Origin: Octopus vulgaris
Lineage: Eukaryota
Length of the DNA: 64,000 nt
Direction of reading: 5' to 3'
NCBI GenBank assembly: GCA_951406725.2
Contig: OX597822.1
Coordinates: forward strand, 52,452,001-52,516,000
Shown: one piece after another, positions 13,870 through 26,850 of the stretch
Layout of the letters: the number at the start of each line of letters is the position of its first letter
Position numbering within the stretch: position 1 is the first letter of the stretch
Program-made: the position numbers and the translations under genes
Notes under the pieces: generated by a model
Told to the model about the DNA's origin: nothing
The model's input: only the letters and a program-made list of their open reading frames with translations
The model's database searches: none

Positions 13870-14845
13870 CGCTTCCCAGCCTTTCCCCGCTTCACCACCC
13901 CTTCACCAACTAACTGAACTTCCTCCACCCAACCTCCTCCCCACTTCATTATTTTGTTACCATTCCTCCTGATATTCCCCTCTCTGAAGTAGAGCATTCT
14001 CTTCTTAGTGGAGGTTTCCATTTCATACCTCTCACTCCGTCCAATAACAAGTTTCAGGCCCGTGCTGATATCCAGCACTTCGTGCGCCGTGCCAGGCTGC
14101 ATGCGCTATTCCATAACACTCCACATGTATCTGATGAAGAAGACTGCTTCACTGACCTGGGCCACCGACCATCTCACTGGACGCCAGTTCCCGGCCAGTA
14201 TCAAGCAGTTGATCAATTTGCAAGCGTCTGTCGTTGTGGGCCGCTTTAATTTTCGTAGGTATCTCTGACATTTCAACATCTTCCCGGCCGCACTCTCTGC
14301 CCTTCCATGTCTCCGACGCCGCCAAGATATCATCATTAAACCGTCCAACAAGGCTGAAGCTGTAGTAGCATAGCATGCAAACCTCTTTAAGGCTGAAGCG
14401 CTCCGCCATCTGCATGACACTTCCTTTATTGCAATCTACCCTCCAACCCAACAGATTGTATCTTCCACCGTCCACATCTTCATTTCCTTCTTCCGTTTTC
14501 CTCCCACTGCCTCCAACCTCATTGTCCGTACCCTACGTACCCTCACTATTTACTTCCTTCCCAAAATCCACAAGCTCAAAAACGCTGGCCTCCCCCATCA
14601 TTTCTGCCCACGACTACCCCACCGAACTTATCTCCAACTACCTTGACTGTGACCTTCCTCCCTCCTAGGAGCTTCCCTTCCTTCACACATTCACGACACC
14701 AGCCATGCTATTTATTTAACTCTTTCCCCTTCCCTCCTTGCCTCTCTCGACTCCTGTTCACACTCGATATCAAATTTCTATACACGGTGATCCCGCATAA
14801 TGAAGGTCTTCTTACTCTAAAACACTTTCTGGACCTTGCCCACAA
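13870..14845 (+). mobile_element. Degenerate Penelope-like RT, N-terminal half
   Basis: FVRRARLHALF, IIIKPSNKAEAVV (KPADKG-like), YFLPKIHK, PIIS..PTELISNYLD, LFTLDIKFLYTVIPHNEGLLTLKHFL. Confidence 0.85.
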
Positions 14846-15451
14846 TGATGGTGGCGTTGCTAAATCCCATGCTTTCAGAGTGTTCGTGCTTCGTCAGCAG
14901 TAAATGTCCACTATCACTGTTGCTGGCGAAACCTAGCTTCCTCTGATATATAGGAAAATTGTGTTTAATCTGGCACTGGTGCCGCAAATATCTGGCACCG
15001 TGGGTAAAAATCATTAGTGACTGAAACAGTATTAGTACCGAAACGCAATCTTTATATCGCACTTAATGTAGCTGTTTTGCTAGGACGCCGTAATACTGCG
15101 GTATTCATGCTGTGAGAACACCTCGTACAGATGGTTAGTGCTTTTCCTATATAACAGTGGAAGCAAGAAGTATGATTTGACCAGCAACTGTGATAATGGG
15201 TACCTGCAGCTGATGAAACACAAACACGTTGAAATCACGGGATCTGACACTTCCACACAGATGCTGGACAATGTTCGTCTGTCAATAATATTTTCTGTAC
15301 TAAACGTCTACATTTATCAGTGCTCTTTCAGGACGAATACCGTAGCATTACAAAATTCTTACATAACATCCACGTTAAGTAGGGTATAAACATTGCTATT
15401 CGATATTAATATTGCTTCCATCTATATCTAATATTTTTATACATACGTACA

Positions 15452-15530
<79 letters not shown>

Positions 15531-16057
15531 TAACTTAAAGATCATGATACGATTCTGACTGCACCGAACTGAATAAGACCAATCTCGCTAATTCAATATA
15601 AAGATGCTTCAGTTATCAGCACATTAGACTTACACTTAAGGTTATAAACTAATGTTATCTCAGAGAAAAGTTAGATATATATACTTTAATGCTAAAGTAA
15701 AAGTTTTTCATATTTTGTATGGTACGATGCATAATCATTCTTATACACTTGTTGCCAAATACGAACAGCCAGATGATAAAGTCTAGATATCATCTGGTTT
15801 ATATAAATGCGTTCATAAACGCTTTTCGTTCTCTGAATAAGAAAGAACACCAATTACGATGGCGGCCTTTCGCTTATAAGACACGCATGATTTCTCTCAG
15901 ATAGGATATAACAACCGGAAAAAATGTTTTGATAAAGTATTACATAGAAAATGTGACTATATGCGTGTGTATGTGTGTGTATGTATATATGTGTGTATGT
16001 ATATATGTGTCGACATACAGACAGACATATATATAGGAGTGTGTGATAAGTAGCTAT

Positions 16058-16435
16058 AGGCGCAGGAATGGCTGTGTGGTTAGTAGCTTGTTTACTAACC
16101 CAACCACATGGTTCCGGGTTCAGTCGCACTGCGTGACACCTTGGCTAAGTGCTTGCTACTATAGCCTGGGGCTGACAAAAACCTTGTAAGTGGATTAGGT
16201 AGACGAAAACTGAAAGAAGCCTGTCGTATATACTGGGTGGCCCAAAAGTAGGTTGGCAGTTATTCCATTTCGCTTTCATATATTAACAGTTTAGATCTTA
16301 ATTATTAAAAAATAGGAAACCATTATTTTATGCTAATTTAGTTAATTGTAAGATAGAAATTTAAATGTAATAAAATGTTTTCAAAGAAATTTAAAGTGCC
16401 TACGTGATAACTGTAAACCTACTTTTGGGCCACCC

Positions 16436-16485
<50 letters not shown>

Positions 16486-16705
16486 CATATACATGTATGT
16501 TTGTGTGTCTGTGCTTCCTCCCCCTCCCCACGCCCAACATCGCTTGACAACCGATGCTGAAGTGTTTACGTCCCCGTAACTTAGCAGTTCGGCAAAGAGA
16601 CCGATAGAATAAGTAATAAGCTTAAGTCCTGGGGTCGATTTACTCGACTAATGGTGGTGCTCCAGCATCACCGCAGTCAAATGACTGAAACAAGTGAAAG
16701 AATAA
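16058..16705 (+). mobile_element. SINE family A with nested MITE
   Basis: Family A head at 16058 and tail near 16700. Confidence 0.9.
16233..16437. mobile_element. Tc1/mariner-type MITE
   Basis: TIRs C(T/A)GGGTGGCCCAAAAGTAGGTT / AACCTACTTTTGGGCCACCCTG, inserted at TA in the SINE's internal tract. Confidence 0.85.
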
Positions 16706-16725
16706 AATAATATATATATATAAAA

Positions 16726-16759
<34 letters not shown>

Positions 16760-16981
16760 TTTTATTCTTTCACTTGTTTCAGTCATTTGACTGCGGTGAT
16801 GCTGGAGCACCACCATTAGTCGAGTAAATCGACCCCAGGACTTAAGCTTATTACTTATTCTATCGGTCTCTTTGCCGAACTGCTAAGTTACGGGGACGTA
16901 AACACTTCAGCATCGGTTGTCAAGCGATGTTGGGCGTGGGGAGGGGGAGGAAGCACAGACACACAAACATACATGTATATG

Positions 16982-17012
<31 letters not shown>

Positions 17013-17173
17013 GCAGGGTGGCCCAAAAGTAGGTTTACAGTTATCACGTAGGCACTTTAAATTTCTTTGAAAACATTTTATTACATTTAAATTTCTATCT
17101 TACAATTAACTAAATTAGCATAAAATAATGGTTTCCTATTTTTTAATAATTAAGATCTAAACTGTTAATATAT
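16278..17173. repeat. Near-perfect inverted duplication (about 430-bp arms) centred on (TA)n
   Basis: 16757-17173 is the reverse complement of about 16278-16705 (SINE 3' half plus part of the MITE). Confidence 0.95.
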
Positions 17174-17763
17174 ATATATATATTATGGAGATGTACTTGC
17201 ATAGCAAGTGACCTGATCTGAGATCGTGTGCTGGAACGAAAACAGTTGCAGCGTGGAAGGTGTTTATAAGCCATTTAAGAAACACACAAAAACCGTTTGA
17301 GCATCTAGTTTTTCGATCAACTGCTCATTGAATTAGCGTGCAAAGTGGCTGAGTATTCCCAAGTTACGCGTATTGAAAACGCAATTTTCGTGTACAATCA
17401 GTGCGATTCAATGATAACAAGGTTATACCTTTGAATGACAGTTACAGTCCATTTGCTGACGAGTTTATTTGCCGTTTCTGTCAACCTAATTTCCCTCACA
17501 AGATTTGGGCAAACCAAAGGTATTGTAATTAAAAAAAAAAACACTCGTTCAAGATCCCATGCAGTGGAAATGAATCCAGAGTCTTGTGATTGTGAATCGA
17601 ACTTTTCAGCCATTCGGCCATGTTGCGTTCATGGAAGTAAGTACATATGTTCACTCAAGCAAAATCAGAATATATGTAAAGATAAAATTTAATAAAATTC
17701 ATAAAGTAAGGTTAATTCGTGGCCATAAAGAAAACAAAAAATTCTGCTAGGGCCTTTACTTAC

Positions 17764-17869
17764 CTTCGTTGAAATCATTGATGACAATATTTGCCTGATC
17801 GTCTTGGGATTTGGTGACTAGATTGACATAAGTAATCATGGAAAGGCGAAAGTCTCTGTCAAAGTTTTC
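17764..17869 (-). CDS. Coding exon 6
   Basis: Acceptor CTATAACCGCAG, donor GAAG|GTAAGT, 106 nt, phase 0-1. Encodes ENFDRDFRLSMITYVNLVTKSQDDQANIVINDFNE. Confidence 0.88.
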
Positions 17870-17929
17870 CTGCGGTTATAGAATGGAACAGACACATGAA
17901 GCAACAAAACACTTATTTGTAGCTTGCTC

Positions 17930-18850
17930 TGTTGATAATAAAGTGTGCGCTACCATACCTGATATAGTGAGCCAAGAATATTAATTATAAACTTACTTTC
18001 AGGCCCTTTCTTTCAGTATTACACTTCCTTTTCAGCGCCCTGTATTTTTGTTCGCTTTTAAGCTCCCCTTTCTCTTTTCGGTCTAACACAGAGATTTCCT
18101 TCGAGAGCATGTATAACCCTGCCTGGATTCTTCTTTTCCACCATGGATCATTTCTTTTGTCACTCCAATTATGTTTTATTTTTCTTGACATCGACACCCA
18201 CATTTTCTACAACAACAATACTTGCTGCCTTGGTCAAATTATTTGTTTCTATGATGTTGTTTGTTCTGATGTATTTCGTTTCTTGGTTCAATTTCCATCG
18301 CTCAACCTTTTTAAGGCTGCAAATAATGTCGCTATCGTTCTCCTGTAGTCTTACCTTTATTCTGTCGTAGATTGCCTTTGTTCATCTGTCATGTCGCTAT
18401 TAGTTTTATCGTCTTCTTTTAGATCATCTATATGTCTCTCATCAAGTAAGCTACCATTGCTCCTTTCCTTGCTATGAGATTACTCTTATTACTAAGAACT
18501 GTATTTTCATTGTAATCGCTGCTGCTATTTTCCATGACCCGCCTTTTGATAGCTTCGAGCTCTACTTCTGTGAACCAACATTTTTTCTTATTGCTCTATC
18601 TTCATTATATAGTCTCTGTTCCGTGAGTTGAAACAATCCCTTTTCTTTCCAATGATCATGCATACGTTGTCGGTAACCCCTAATTTGAGCACCATTTTCA
18701 TCTACCGGGTTTCCCAGGTAGTTACACTCCATGACCACAACATTAATTTGTTTGCTCCATCTACGTCATGTGGTGGTCCCTTTCTAGATATCGACAGGCT
18801 GGAGCCAGACCAGAATCTCTGAACCTGCCGGGTGCAACATTGTCACCATC
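17930..18850 (-). mobile_element. R4/Dong-like LINE N-terminal relic
   Basis: ORF 17985..18203 contains PWWKRRIQAGL..LSKEISVL...KYRALKRK, resembling the pre-RT region of R4/Dong elements. Confidence 0.65.
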
Positions 18851-19224
18851 ATCGGCTTCAGTTTCATTATCACCGTTATTCACAATATTTTTTTTTCATT
18901 GTCACTCATATGAGGCAGCGATTATCAGGTTGCACAATTACCAGTGTTTTTATTGTGACACCATCACTAGATGTATCATTATTAGCCCATAAGGAGACTC
19001 CACCCGTATCCTTTCATTATTATTATTATTATTATTATTATCATCACGGATATCACTGGTATTATTGTTTTTATATGTAGTAGTAGCAGTTGTTGCAGCA
19101 ACAGCAGCAACAGTTGCAGGGATGGGGTAGTGGTAAGGGTGGTAGTTGGGCCTCAGATTCCTGTGTTATCATAATAGTAGAACTTGTAGTATTATTGTAG
19201 TATTAGTAGTACTTAGTATCTGCA

Positions 19225-19480
19225 GCTGTTACGGGGAGGTAAACACACTAACATCGGTTGTCAAGCGATAGTGGGAAGGAGAAACACAGACACACAAGCA
19301 TATGTATATACGACGAGATTCTTTCAGTTTCCGTATACCAAATCCACTCACAAGGCTTTGGTCGGCCCGAGGCTATAGTAAAAGAAACTTGCCCAAGGTA
19401 CCACGCAGTGGGACTGAACCCGGAACCCCGGAACTATGTGGATGGGAAGCAAGCTTCTTACCACACAGCCACGCCTGCCC
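19225..19480 (-). mobile_element. SINE family A, 3'-truncated
   Basis: Head and core match the family. Confidence 0.85.
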
Positions 19481-19628
19481 CTAAATCAATTTCAAAATGG
19501 TTGAAGATTAGCATCACGCTTGAAACGATTTAGGTACCAACGAATTTGAATCAAACTGTTTTGATCCACACATGTAACTCTTAATAAATTTATTGAGTGC
19601 CCTTCTTTTATTTGTCCACTCACTCGTA

Positions 19629-19683
<55 letters not shown>

Positions 19684-19879
19684 GGTGGTGGTGGTGGTGC
19701 TGGGTTGAGCAGTAGCAATATAGTTCATGCTGCTGTTGTGGTGGCGGGGGGCAGTGGTGATACTGGTACTGATGCTGTGTAGAATACATATATATACCTG
19801 TATATATACATACATACATACATACATACACATATATATAAATAAATGGAGTTGAACGCAGATGCTATTCAAATTCTTT

Positions 19880-19937
<58 letters not shown>

Positions 19938-20104
19938 AAATGAGAAAATGGAGAAACATACTTAAATCAATCAATCATCAACCATCAGATAATACCCAAT
20001 CAATACTTTATTACACCATTACATAACAGCAAAGACATTATACATAATATATTGTAAATATAACTAGACATGGAAATAGAAATATAAAATACAATTACAT
20101 CATA

Positions 20105-20215
20105 TCTGACAGCTGTTTCGGCCGTGAGGACAGGTATGTCTCATTTAACCTATTAGCCATATAAAGCAGGTATAAATGAGACATTAACAATGATGTCTCA
20201 CGGCCTCTTCAGAGA
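20105..20215 (-). ncRNA. Type I hammerhead ribozyme motif, intact core
   Basis: tct-CTGAAGA-GGCCGTGAG...CTCACGGCC-GAAA-CAGCTG-TC-aga, with a 9-bp stem II and a GUC site. Confidence 0.85.
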
Positions 20216-20290
20216 ATTTAATATAAGTGTGAAAAAACACAGTCCAGTTCATTAAAATGTATAACCCTACAAAAAGTCAATAAAATTAAT

Positions 20291-20337
<47 letters not shown>

Positions 20338-20614
20338 CCATATGAACTGGACTGTGTTTTTTATATATATATATATGTCTGCTTTAAATTTAAATGTGAG
20401 TGTACATGTATTTCCTTGATGTTAGTTATGGAACTAGGAGTCCAATATGGAAAATAACTGTGTTTGTTAATGTATACTGATATATTTTGTTTATATTGTA
20501 TTATTGTATTAATGTGTATATATATGTGTGTAGAATTATGAGTGTCTATGCACACATTTTTATATTTTATATTTTTATATTTATATGTAAATTTTTTTCA
20601 CACTTATATTAAAT

Positions 20615-20725
20615 TCTCCGAAGAGGCCGTGAGACATCCTTGTTAATGTCTCATTTATACCTGCTTTATATGGCTAATAGGTTAAATGAGACATACTTGT
20701 CCTCACGGCCGAAACAGCTGGCAGA
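20615..20725 (+). ncRNA. Hammerhead motif, mutated mirror copy
   Basis: tct-CCGAAGA-GGCCGTGAG...CTCACGGCC-GAAA-CAGCTG-GC-aga (U4C change, GUC changed to GGC). Confidence 0.7.
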
Positions 20726-21057
20726 TATGATGTAATTGTATTTTATATTTATATTTCCATGTCTAGTTATATTTACAATATATTTTGTATAATGTCTTTG
20801 CTGTTATGTAATGGTGTAATAAAGTATTGATTGGGTATTATCTGATGGTTGATGATTGATTTAAGTATGTTTCTCCATTTTTCTCATTTTGTATTATTAA
20901 TTTACGGTAATATTTTTACCCTTGCCCACATAATGCAGTAGATGAATTAATTGCACCGCAATTTTTAACATTTATGTATTAGTCTTGTTGGGTACCTCTC
21001 TAGCAGTATATTGGATATATGTTATCCCATGGTGGGTTGAATTTTCAACCCCTATCT

Positions 21058-21123
<66 letters not shown>

Positions 21124-21334
21124 ATATATATACATATGTAAAAGAATTTGAATAGCATCTGCGTTCAACTCCATTTATTTACTTATACTACACAAATTAC
21201 TGCACATTAACCCGGAGTTTCTACCTTTGAATCGGTCGCTAATCCCTGTTATTTGCGTGAATTTTGCTACCCTGGTAACTGTTTATTGAATTTTCCATAT
21301 TAACGGTAAACAAAGGATAATTCATTCATCCATT

Positions 21335-21366
<32 letters not shown>

Positions 21367-21368
<2 letters not shown>

Positions 21369-22147
21369 TCAATAAATGGTGGGGTTGTGTTGACCGCACG
21401 TGGAGAAATGATAAGTAAGGAAAAATTTTTTAAAAATGCAGAATGCTCAAATGAAAGAAAATTTTAATAAAATGAGAAATTGATAAAATATATAAATATG
21501 TATTTATTCAACCGGTTTTCGTCATTGTATGACTTGTCAAGAATATTTATGTTTTAAAATTTTTTTTCTAAATTAGAAAGGGGAAAAAAGAAAATTGCAT
21601 TGTTTTTTGCAAAAGAATAATGATAAAAATGTACAAAAATTAAAAATAATTACTCCGATACATTGTGAGTTCGTTGTGTATCTTGAGTTTTATGATTGTT
21701 CACGAAAAAATTACCTTGAGGTATTAAGATCCAAAGGGATTAAGAGCATGTGTTGTGTGGTTTAATTCAGCATGTTTGCAGGACAGCTGAATTAAACCAC
21801 ACAACACATGCTCTTAATCCCTTTTGGATCTTAATACCTCAAGGTAATTTTTTCGTGAACAATCATAAAACTCAAGATACACAACGAACTCACAATGTAT
21901 CGGAGTAATTATTTTTTTAATTTTTGTACATTTTTATCATTATTCTTTTGCAAAAAACAATGCAATTTTCTTTTTTTCCACTTTCTAATTTTTAAAAACC
22001 TTTTAAAACATAAATATTCTTGACAAGTCATACAATGACGAAAACCGGTTGAATAAATACATATTTATATATTTTATCAATTTCTCATTTTATTAAAATT
22101 TTCTTTCATTTGAGCATTCTGCATTTTTAAAAACTTTTTTCCTTACT
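21367..22147. mobile_element. TA-flanked fold-back element (about 360-bp arms) with a hammerhead variant in each arm
   Basis: 21414-21771 is the reverse complement of 21786-22147. The motif tattc-TTGACAA-GTCAT..ATGAC-GAAAA-CCGG-TT-gaata lies at 22015-22055 (+) and 21505-21545 (-). Confidence 0.8.
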
Positions 22148-22224
22148 ATATATATATACATAATGGTTCTTTTAACATACCGAGCTACTTGGTAAAATTA
22201 TTATGTATTAATTAATTTTACCCA

Positions 22225-22385
<161 letters not shown>

Positions 22386-22398
22386 TATATATATATAT

Positions 22399-22550
22399 TA
22401 TATAATTAGGGTTCAGCAAAAAAATTGCTCTACCACACACCGAACTTTTAGAAATAGTAGCCAAAGAATTTAACTATTTCCTCTACTTTGGCTGCTATTT
22501 TTAAAAGTTCGGTGTGTGGTAAAGCAATTTTGCTGAACCCTAATTATATA
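22399..22550. repeat. Inverted repeat (about 65-bp arms) at the start of a microsatellite-flanked element
   Basis: TATAATTAGGGTTCAGCAAAA...GCCAAAG pairs with CTTTGGC...TTTTGCTGAACCCTAATTATA. Confidence 0.85.
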
Positions 22551-23047
22551 AAATAATGTTTAAATTTACCGTAAATGGTCCTTTTACATACTGAACACTG
22601 GTTGGTAAAATTATTAATTACTAATTAATTAATTAATTTTACCCTTATTATTATTGACTGAGAACATCGTTGTCTTCGTCTGCCGATAAAGGCATTTTTT
22701 CCAAATACGCCAGCTAAACTAAGTTGTACTGTTTATTAGTCGTAAGACACCCGCTGTTTTTGTCCTGTTTTTACCATTATTGTTTTTTGTATTTTATATT
22801 CGTGTGACATCGTCCGTTTTTCTGTCGCTGTTTCGTATATATTCGATCCTTCTTCCAAGAAATCTAATGCTCGTAGCTTAGTTTTTCCTTGGGGCTGGCC
22901 GGATCGGAGCGATCTCAAGATTAATCAGCTGAAATTGCTAGGATGATCCGGTTCTTGACTGAAGATTGAAGGCTTCGAATGTCCCGTCCGTTTTTTTTTG
23001 TATTGTCTTCTAAATGTTTTACGTTCTTGTCCCAGTTTGTATTTTTC

Positions 23048-23111
<64 letters not shown>

Positions 23112-23434
23112 ATAGCTGATGATGATGAAGCGCAATCACGCTGAAATCATGTGATCTAGTTGTTCCTCCACCGTTACTGGATAATTTGCTACTGATATTT
23201 CTGTGCTTTTAGGCACTAAACGTCTATACGAGATGCTCCCTCAAGAACGAATTGCGGAGTATCACGGCACTCTTACAATATATCCACTTTAAGTAGGATA
23301 TAAAGATTGCTGAAAAGGGTAAGACAAAGAAGAGTAGGTAGGCACAAAATACAGGTAGATAGAAAGAGATAAAAACTAATAGAAAGCCAGAGAGGCAGAT
23401 AGAGAAATAACATTTATTAATATAAACCACGTAC

Positions 23435-23557
23435 CTTTAAAGATACTAATCTTTCCATCTCTTCGTCGTAATATTCTAGGTAAGCTGAGAAAACATTTGG
23501 TATATTGGGCATCTTTTTCGTCTTTTTTTGTTCATAGCATGCAATTCCTGGTGTCGT
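23435..23557 (-). CDS. Coding exon 5 (junction of repeats 1 and 2)
   Basis: Acceptor TTTAAATTGCAG, donor AAG|GTACGT, 123 nt, phase 0-0. Encodes TTPGIACYEQKKTKKMPNIPNVFSAYLEYYDEEMERLVSLK. MPNIPNVF echoes MPKQSDQF of repeat 1. Confidence 0.88.
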
Positions 23558-23713
23558 CTGCAATTTAAAGTAAGAGTCAAAACATCTTAGAAAAGACCAG
23601 GGTTCCTCTGAGGTTATAGAATAGTAGACAGCAGTGCAGAAGTATGTCCATTACTCTGAGTTGGTTAGTTTCGTATAGCTGCAAGTAGTAGTAGTAGTAG
23701 TAGTAGTAGTAGC

Positions 23714-23752
<39 letters not shown>

Positions 23753-23838
23753 GGTGGTGGTGGTGGTGGCGGCGGCGGCGGCAGTGCTAGTGCTAGAAGT
23801 GGTGATGGTTGATAAGTAGTAGTATAGTTCTTGCTGCT

Positions 23839-26800
23839 GTTAGTTAGTTAGTTAGTTCATTTTTGGGCTCAAAAAGCAAAAAGCAAGGCCATGTAGGGGG
23901 ACATGGAGTTATGTACAGGGTGGTGTTCATGTAAAGAGTTCAGGCCACTTGAGGTCAAGGGAGACTTTGAACCGAGCGGTCGTCGGTATCTTCACTATCT
24001 CGTCTGGCAGCTTATTCCACGGATCCGCAACCCGGACGGAGAAAGCCCCTCTCCTTCGATTGAGATGAAATCATCGCAAATAGAGCTATTCGGAATGACC
24101 CCGCAGCCGACGCTCTGGAGCAGGAGTGAAGAACAGCTCTTTCGAGAGGTTACACTTTCCGCTTATGATGTTGTGAGCAAGAATGAGATCTCCACGGCGT
24201 CGTCGTTTTTCTAGAGAATAAAGATCGAGCGTCTTCAGCCTTTCTTCATAAGACAAATTCTTGAGACCAAGAACCATGCGGGTAGCCAGCTTCTGGACTC
24301 TTTCGAGATGCTGTATGTCTTTGAGGAGATAAGGAGAAGAGGCTTGAATCCCGTACTCCAATATGGGTCTCACCAGCGTGACATAGAGCGGTAGGAATAT
24401 GGCTGCTGTGAGCATTCCGAATGACCGTCGAATAAAGAACAGAATTCCGCGTGCTTTGTTGGCAGCATGGACGCACTGGGCCGAAGGCGAAAAGGAGGAA
24501 TCCACCAAGATACCCAGGTCCTTTACCTGATCGGTCCTCTCCAGCAGCAGACGACCCGGCTCGAAATCAAGTTGAGTTGCAGGAGGAGAGCCAGCAGGCA
24601 GATGACAGCACTTTGACACGTTCAGACACAGGTCCCATTCGTTAGACCATCTCCAAATTTGGTGGAGGCACCGACGAAGATCCTCTATATCACCGCGAGG
24701 AGCGACCAGTTTGACATCGTCGGCAAATAGAAGGGTGTGTTGCGTGAGGTCGTCGGGTAAGTCATTTATGAAGACTAAGAACAATAAGGGCCCAAGCACT
24801 GAACCTTGAGGCACGCCACTGCTCGCACTGGAGACGTCGGACCGCGAACCATTAACTTGGACTTGGAAGGAGCGATCTGAGAGGAAGGCACCAACCCATC
24901 GTACAATATCCGGATGGAAACTATATGCTTGAAGCTTGACAAGTAATAGGCGGTGGTTTACCGAGTCAAAAGCTTTGGCAAAGTCCAATAAAACGATGTC
25001 AACAGCATCACTATCATCGAGGATGCGCGTCACCAATTCTTCCATTACCAGTAAGTTGTTCAAGCATGATCTCTTCGGCACGAAGCCGTGTTGGGAATCA
25101 GAGATAGAGGCTGTGTTTTGGAGGTGGAGCATGATACTTTTCTTAAGGATGGTTTCGAACATCTTGCTGATTATTGATGTAAGGGAAACCGGTCGGTAGT
25201 TAAGCGGGTCTTCGCGGCTCACTTCCTTGAAAATTGGGCAGATTATCGCTGTTCTCCAGTCCGCAGGTATGATACCCGTCGCCAATGATATATTGAATAG
25301 TCGTGTTAAGGGCTCGCAGATGACCGGAGCCAACGCTTTGATAACCCGTGGGTGTATGCCGTCAGGGCCGTGACCCTTGTTGACATCGAGGCCTTGAATA
25401 ACGCGTTCGACTTCGTCCCGCGTGATGACAAATCGAATCATTGGAGGTACCGATCTATCAAATGAAGGGGGATCACGACCATCATCTTGTTTGAAAATAG
25501 TTGAAAAAGCCTCGGCAAATAATTGACTCTGTTGATAAGGGTCCTCAATCGATACGCATGTTGAGTCTACCAACGTTGCAATTTGGTTGTTCAAGCGGGA
25601 ATTCCGTTGGACATGGGCAAAGAAGGTTTTTGGATTGCTACTGGCGTTTGCCGCGATTTTGTATTCATATCTGAAGCGTTCTTCCTTTTCAATTTTCACG
25701 GCTCGGTCTCGTTGAGTTTTGTACACCTCAAAAGCTGCTGTCGAATCCAGATTTTTGAATTCAGCCCGAGCAATATCTCTGAGTCGAAGTTCTCGTTTAA
25801 CCTTCTTCGTCACCCAGGGCTTGTGTGTCTTCTTCTTGGGAAGCCCAACGGGAACTGCCTGATCAGTCAACCAGATTACATATGCTTTGAGGGATGACCA
25901 TAGTTCGTCAACTGAGGACAACGTCATCAGGGATCGCCAGTCCAGAAGCGCGGAAGCCTCGGTTAGAATTTCAAGATTAATTGCAGAGAAGACTCTACGT
26001 GGCAGCGAAGTAGTTGTGGGCGTAGAAAAGTTGTGTGCATGACGAACTTCAGGACCGCATGATCACTCTTGGCAAGAGAGGCGCACACAGATACGTCTGA
26101 CATTGATCTTGGATAGCGGGAGAATACCAGATCCAGCAGAGATGGCTGCTGCCCAGACCGATGCCTTGTCGGATATTCAACATGTTGCGATAGAAAACAA
26201 TCTTCAGCCACGTCAAGAAGGGCTTGGCCGAACCGGGAAGATGATGTACAAATTGATGCGGGCCAATCGATCGTGGGTGCGTAGAAGTCTCCTAATATCA
26301 AACAGTCATGAGAAGCTGAAACGAATCTTATCGCTTCGAGTAAATGAGCATCGTCCTGGGGGTCGGCAAGAGGCGGCCTGTAGACCGCTAACACGGGCAG
26401 GCAAAACCCGGATAGGCTCAGCTTGTAATAGACGGCATCGAATTTTGTTGTAGGTTGAGCATTAGTGGGTAGAATACCGCTGGACGGTTTGAGATCAGAT
26501 TTAACATACACAACAACACCTCCACCTCGCCTTTTTTCTCTGTCACATCTGAAGAGGGCATAGCCCTGTAGGTGGATTTCTGAGTCCTTTACTGCTGGAG
26601 TCAGCCAAGTCTCGGTGATAGCTATCACATCAGGGGAATCACGCATGGCCAGTGTAAATAGTTCGCTGAACTTTGGAAATAAGGAGCACGAGTTGGTATA
26701 GATGATGCTGAGCTGTGAAGTTTGAGGGGCGGGAATTGGGGAACAAGCAGAATAAGGGGTATCAGAGATAGCATCATTGACAGGGGTATCTACTTTACTT

Positions 26801-26850
26801 CGATTCGCCCTCAATTCACTTTCCCTGTCAGCACTACAGCATGCGACCAG
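23839..26850 (-). mobile_element. CR1-group LINE ORF2 (APE plus RT), nearly intact, 5'-truncated
   Basis: APE: IIYTN..SL, IAITETWL, GGGV, VYRPP, LILGDF, LLDLVF, SDH. RT: NYRPVSLTS, QHGF, DFAKAFDSV, GVPQGSVLGPLLF, FADD. Frameshift near 25940, premature stop at 24086, (TAAC)n tail. Confidence 0.95.

Larger units (their letters stand above)
19933..21062. mobile_element. TA-flanked Penelope pLTR-like element with an inverted partial copy
   Basis: 19933-20237 is the reverse complement of 20592-20894. The right arm continues to (TA)n at 21062. Each arm carries a hammerhead motif. Confidence 0.8.
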
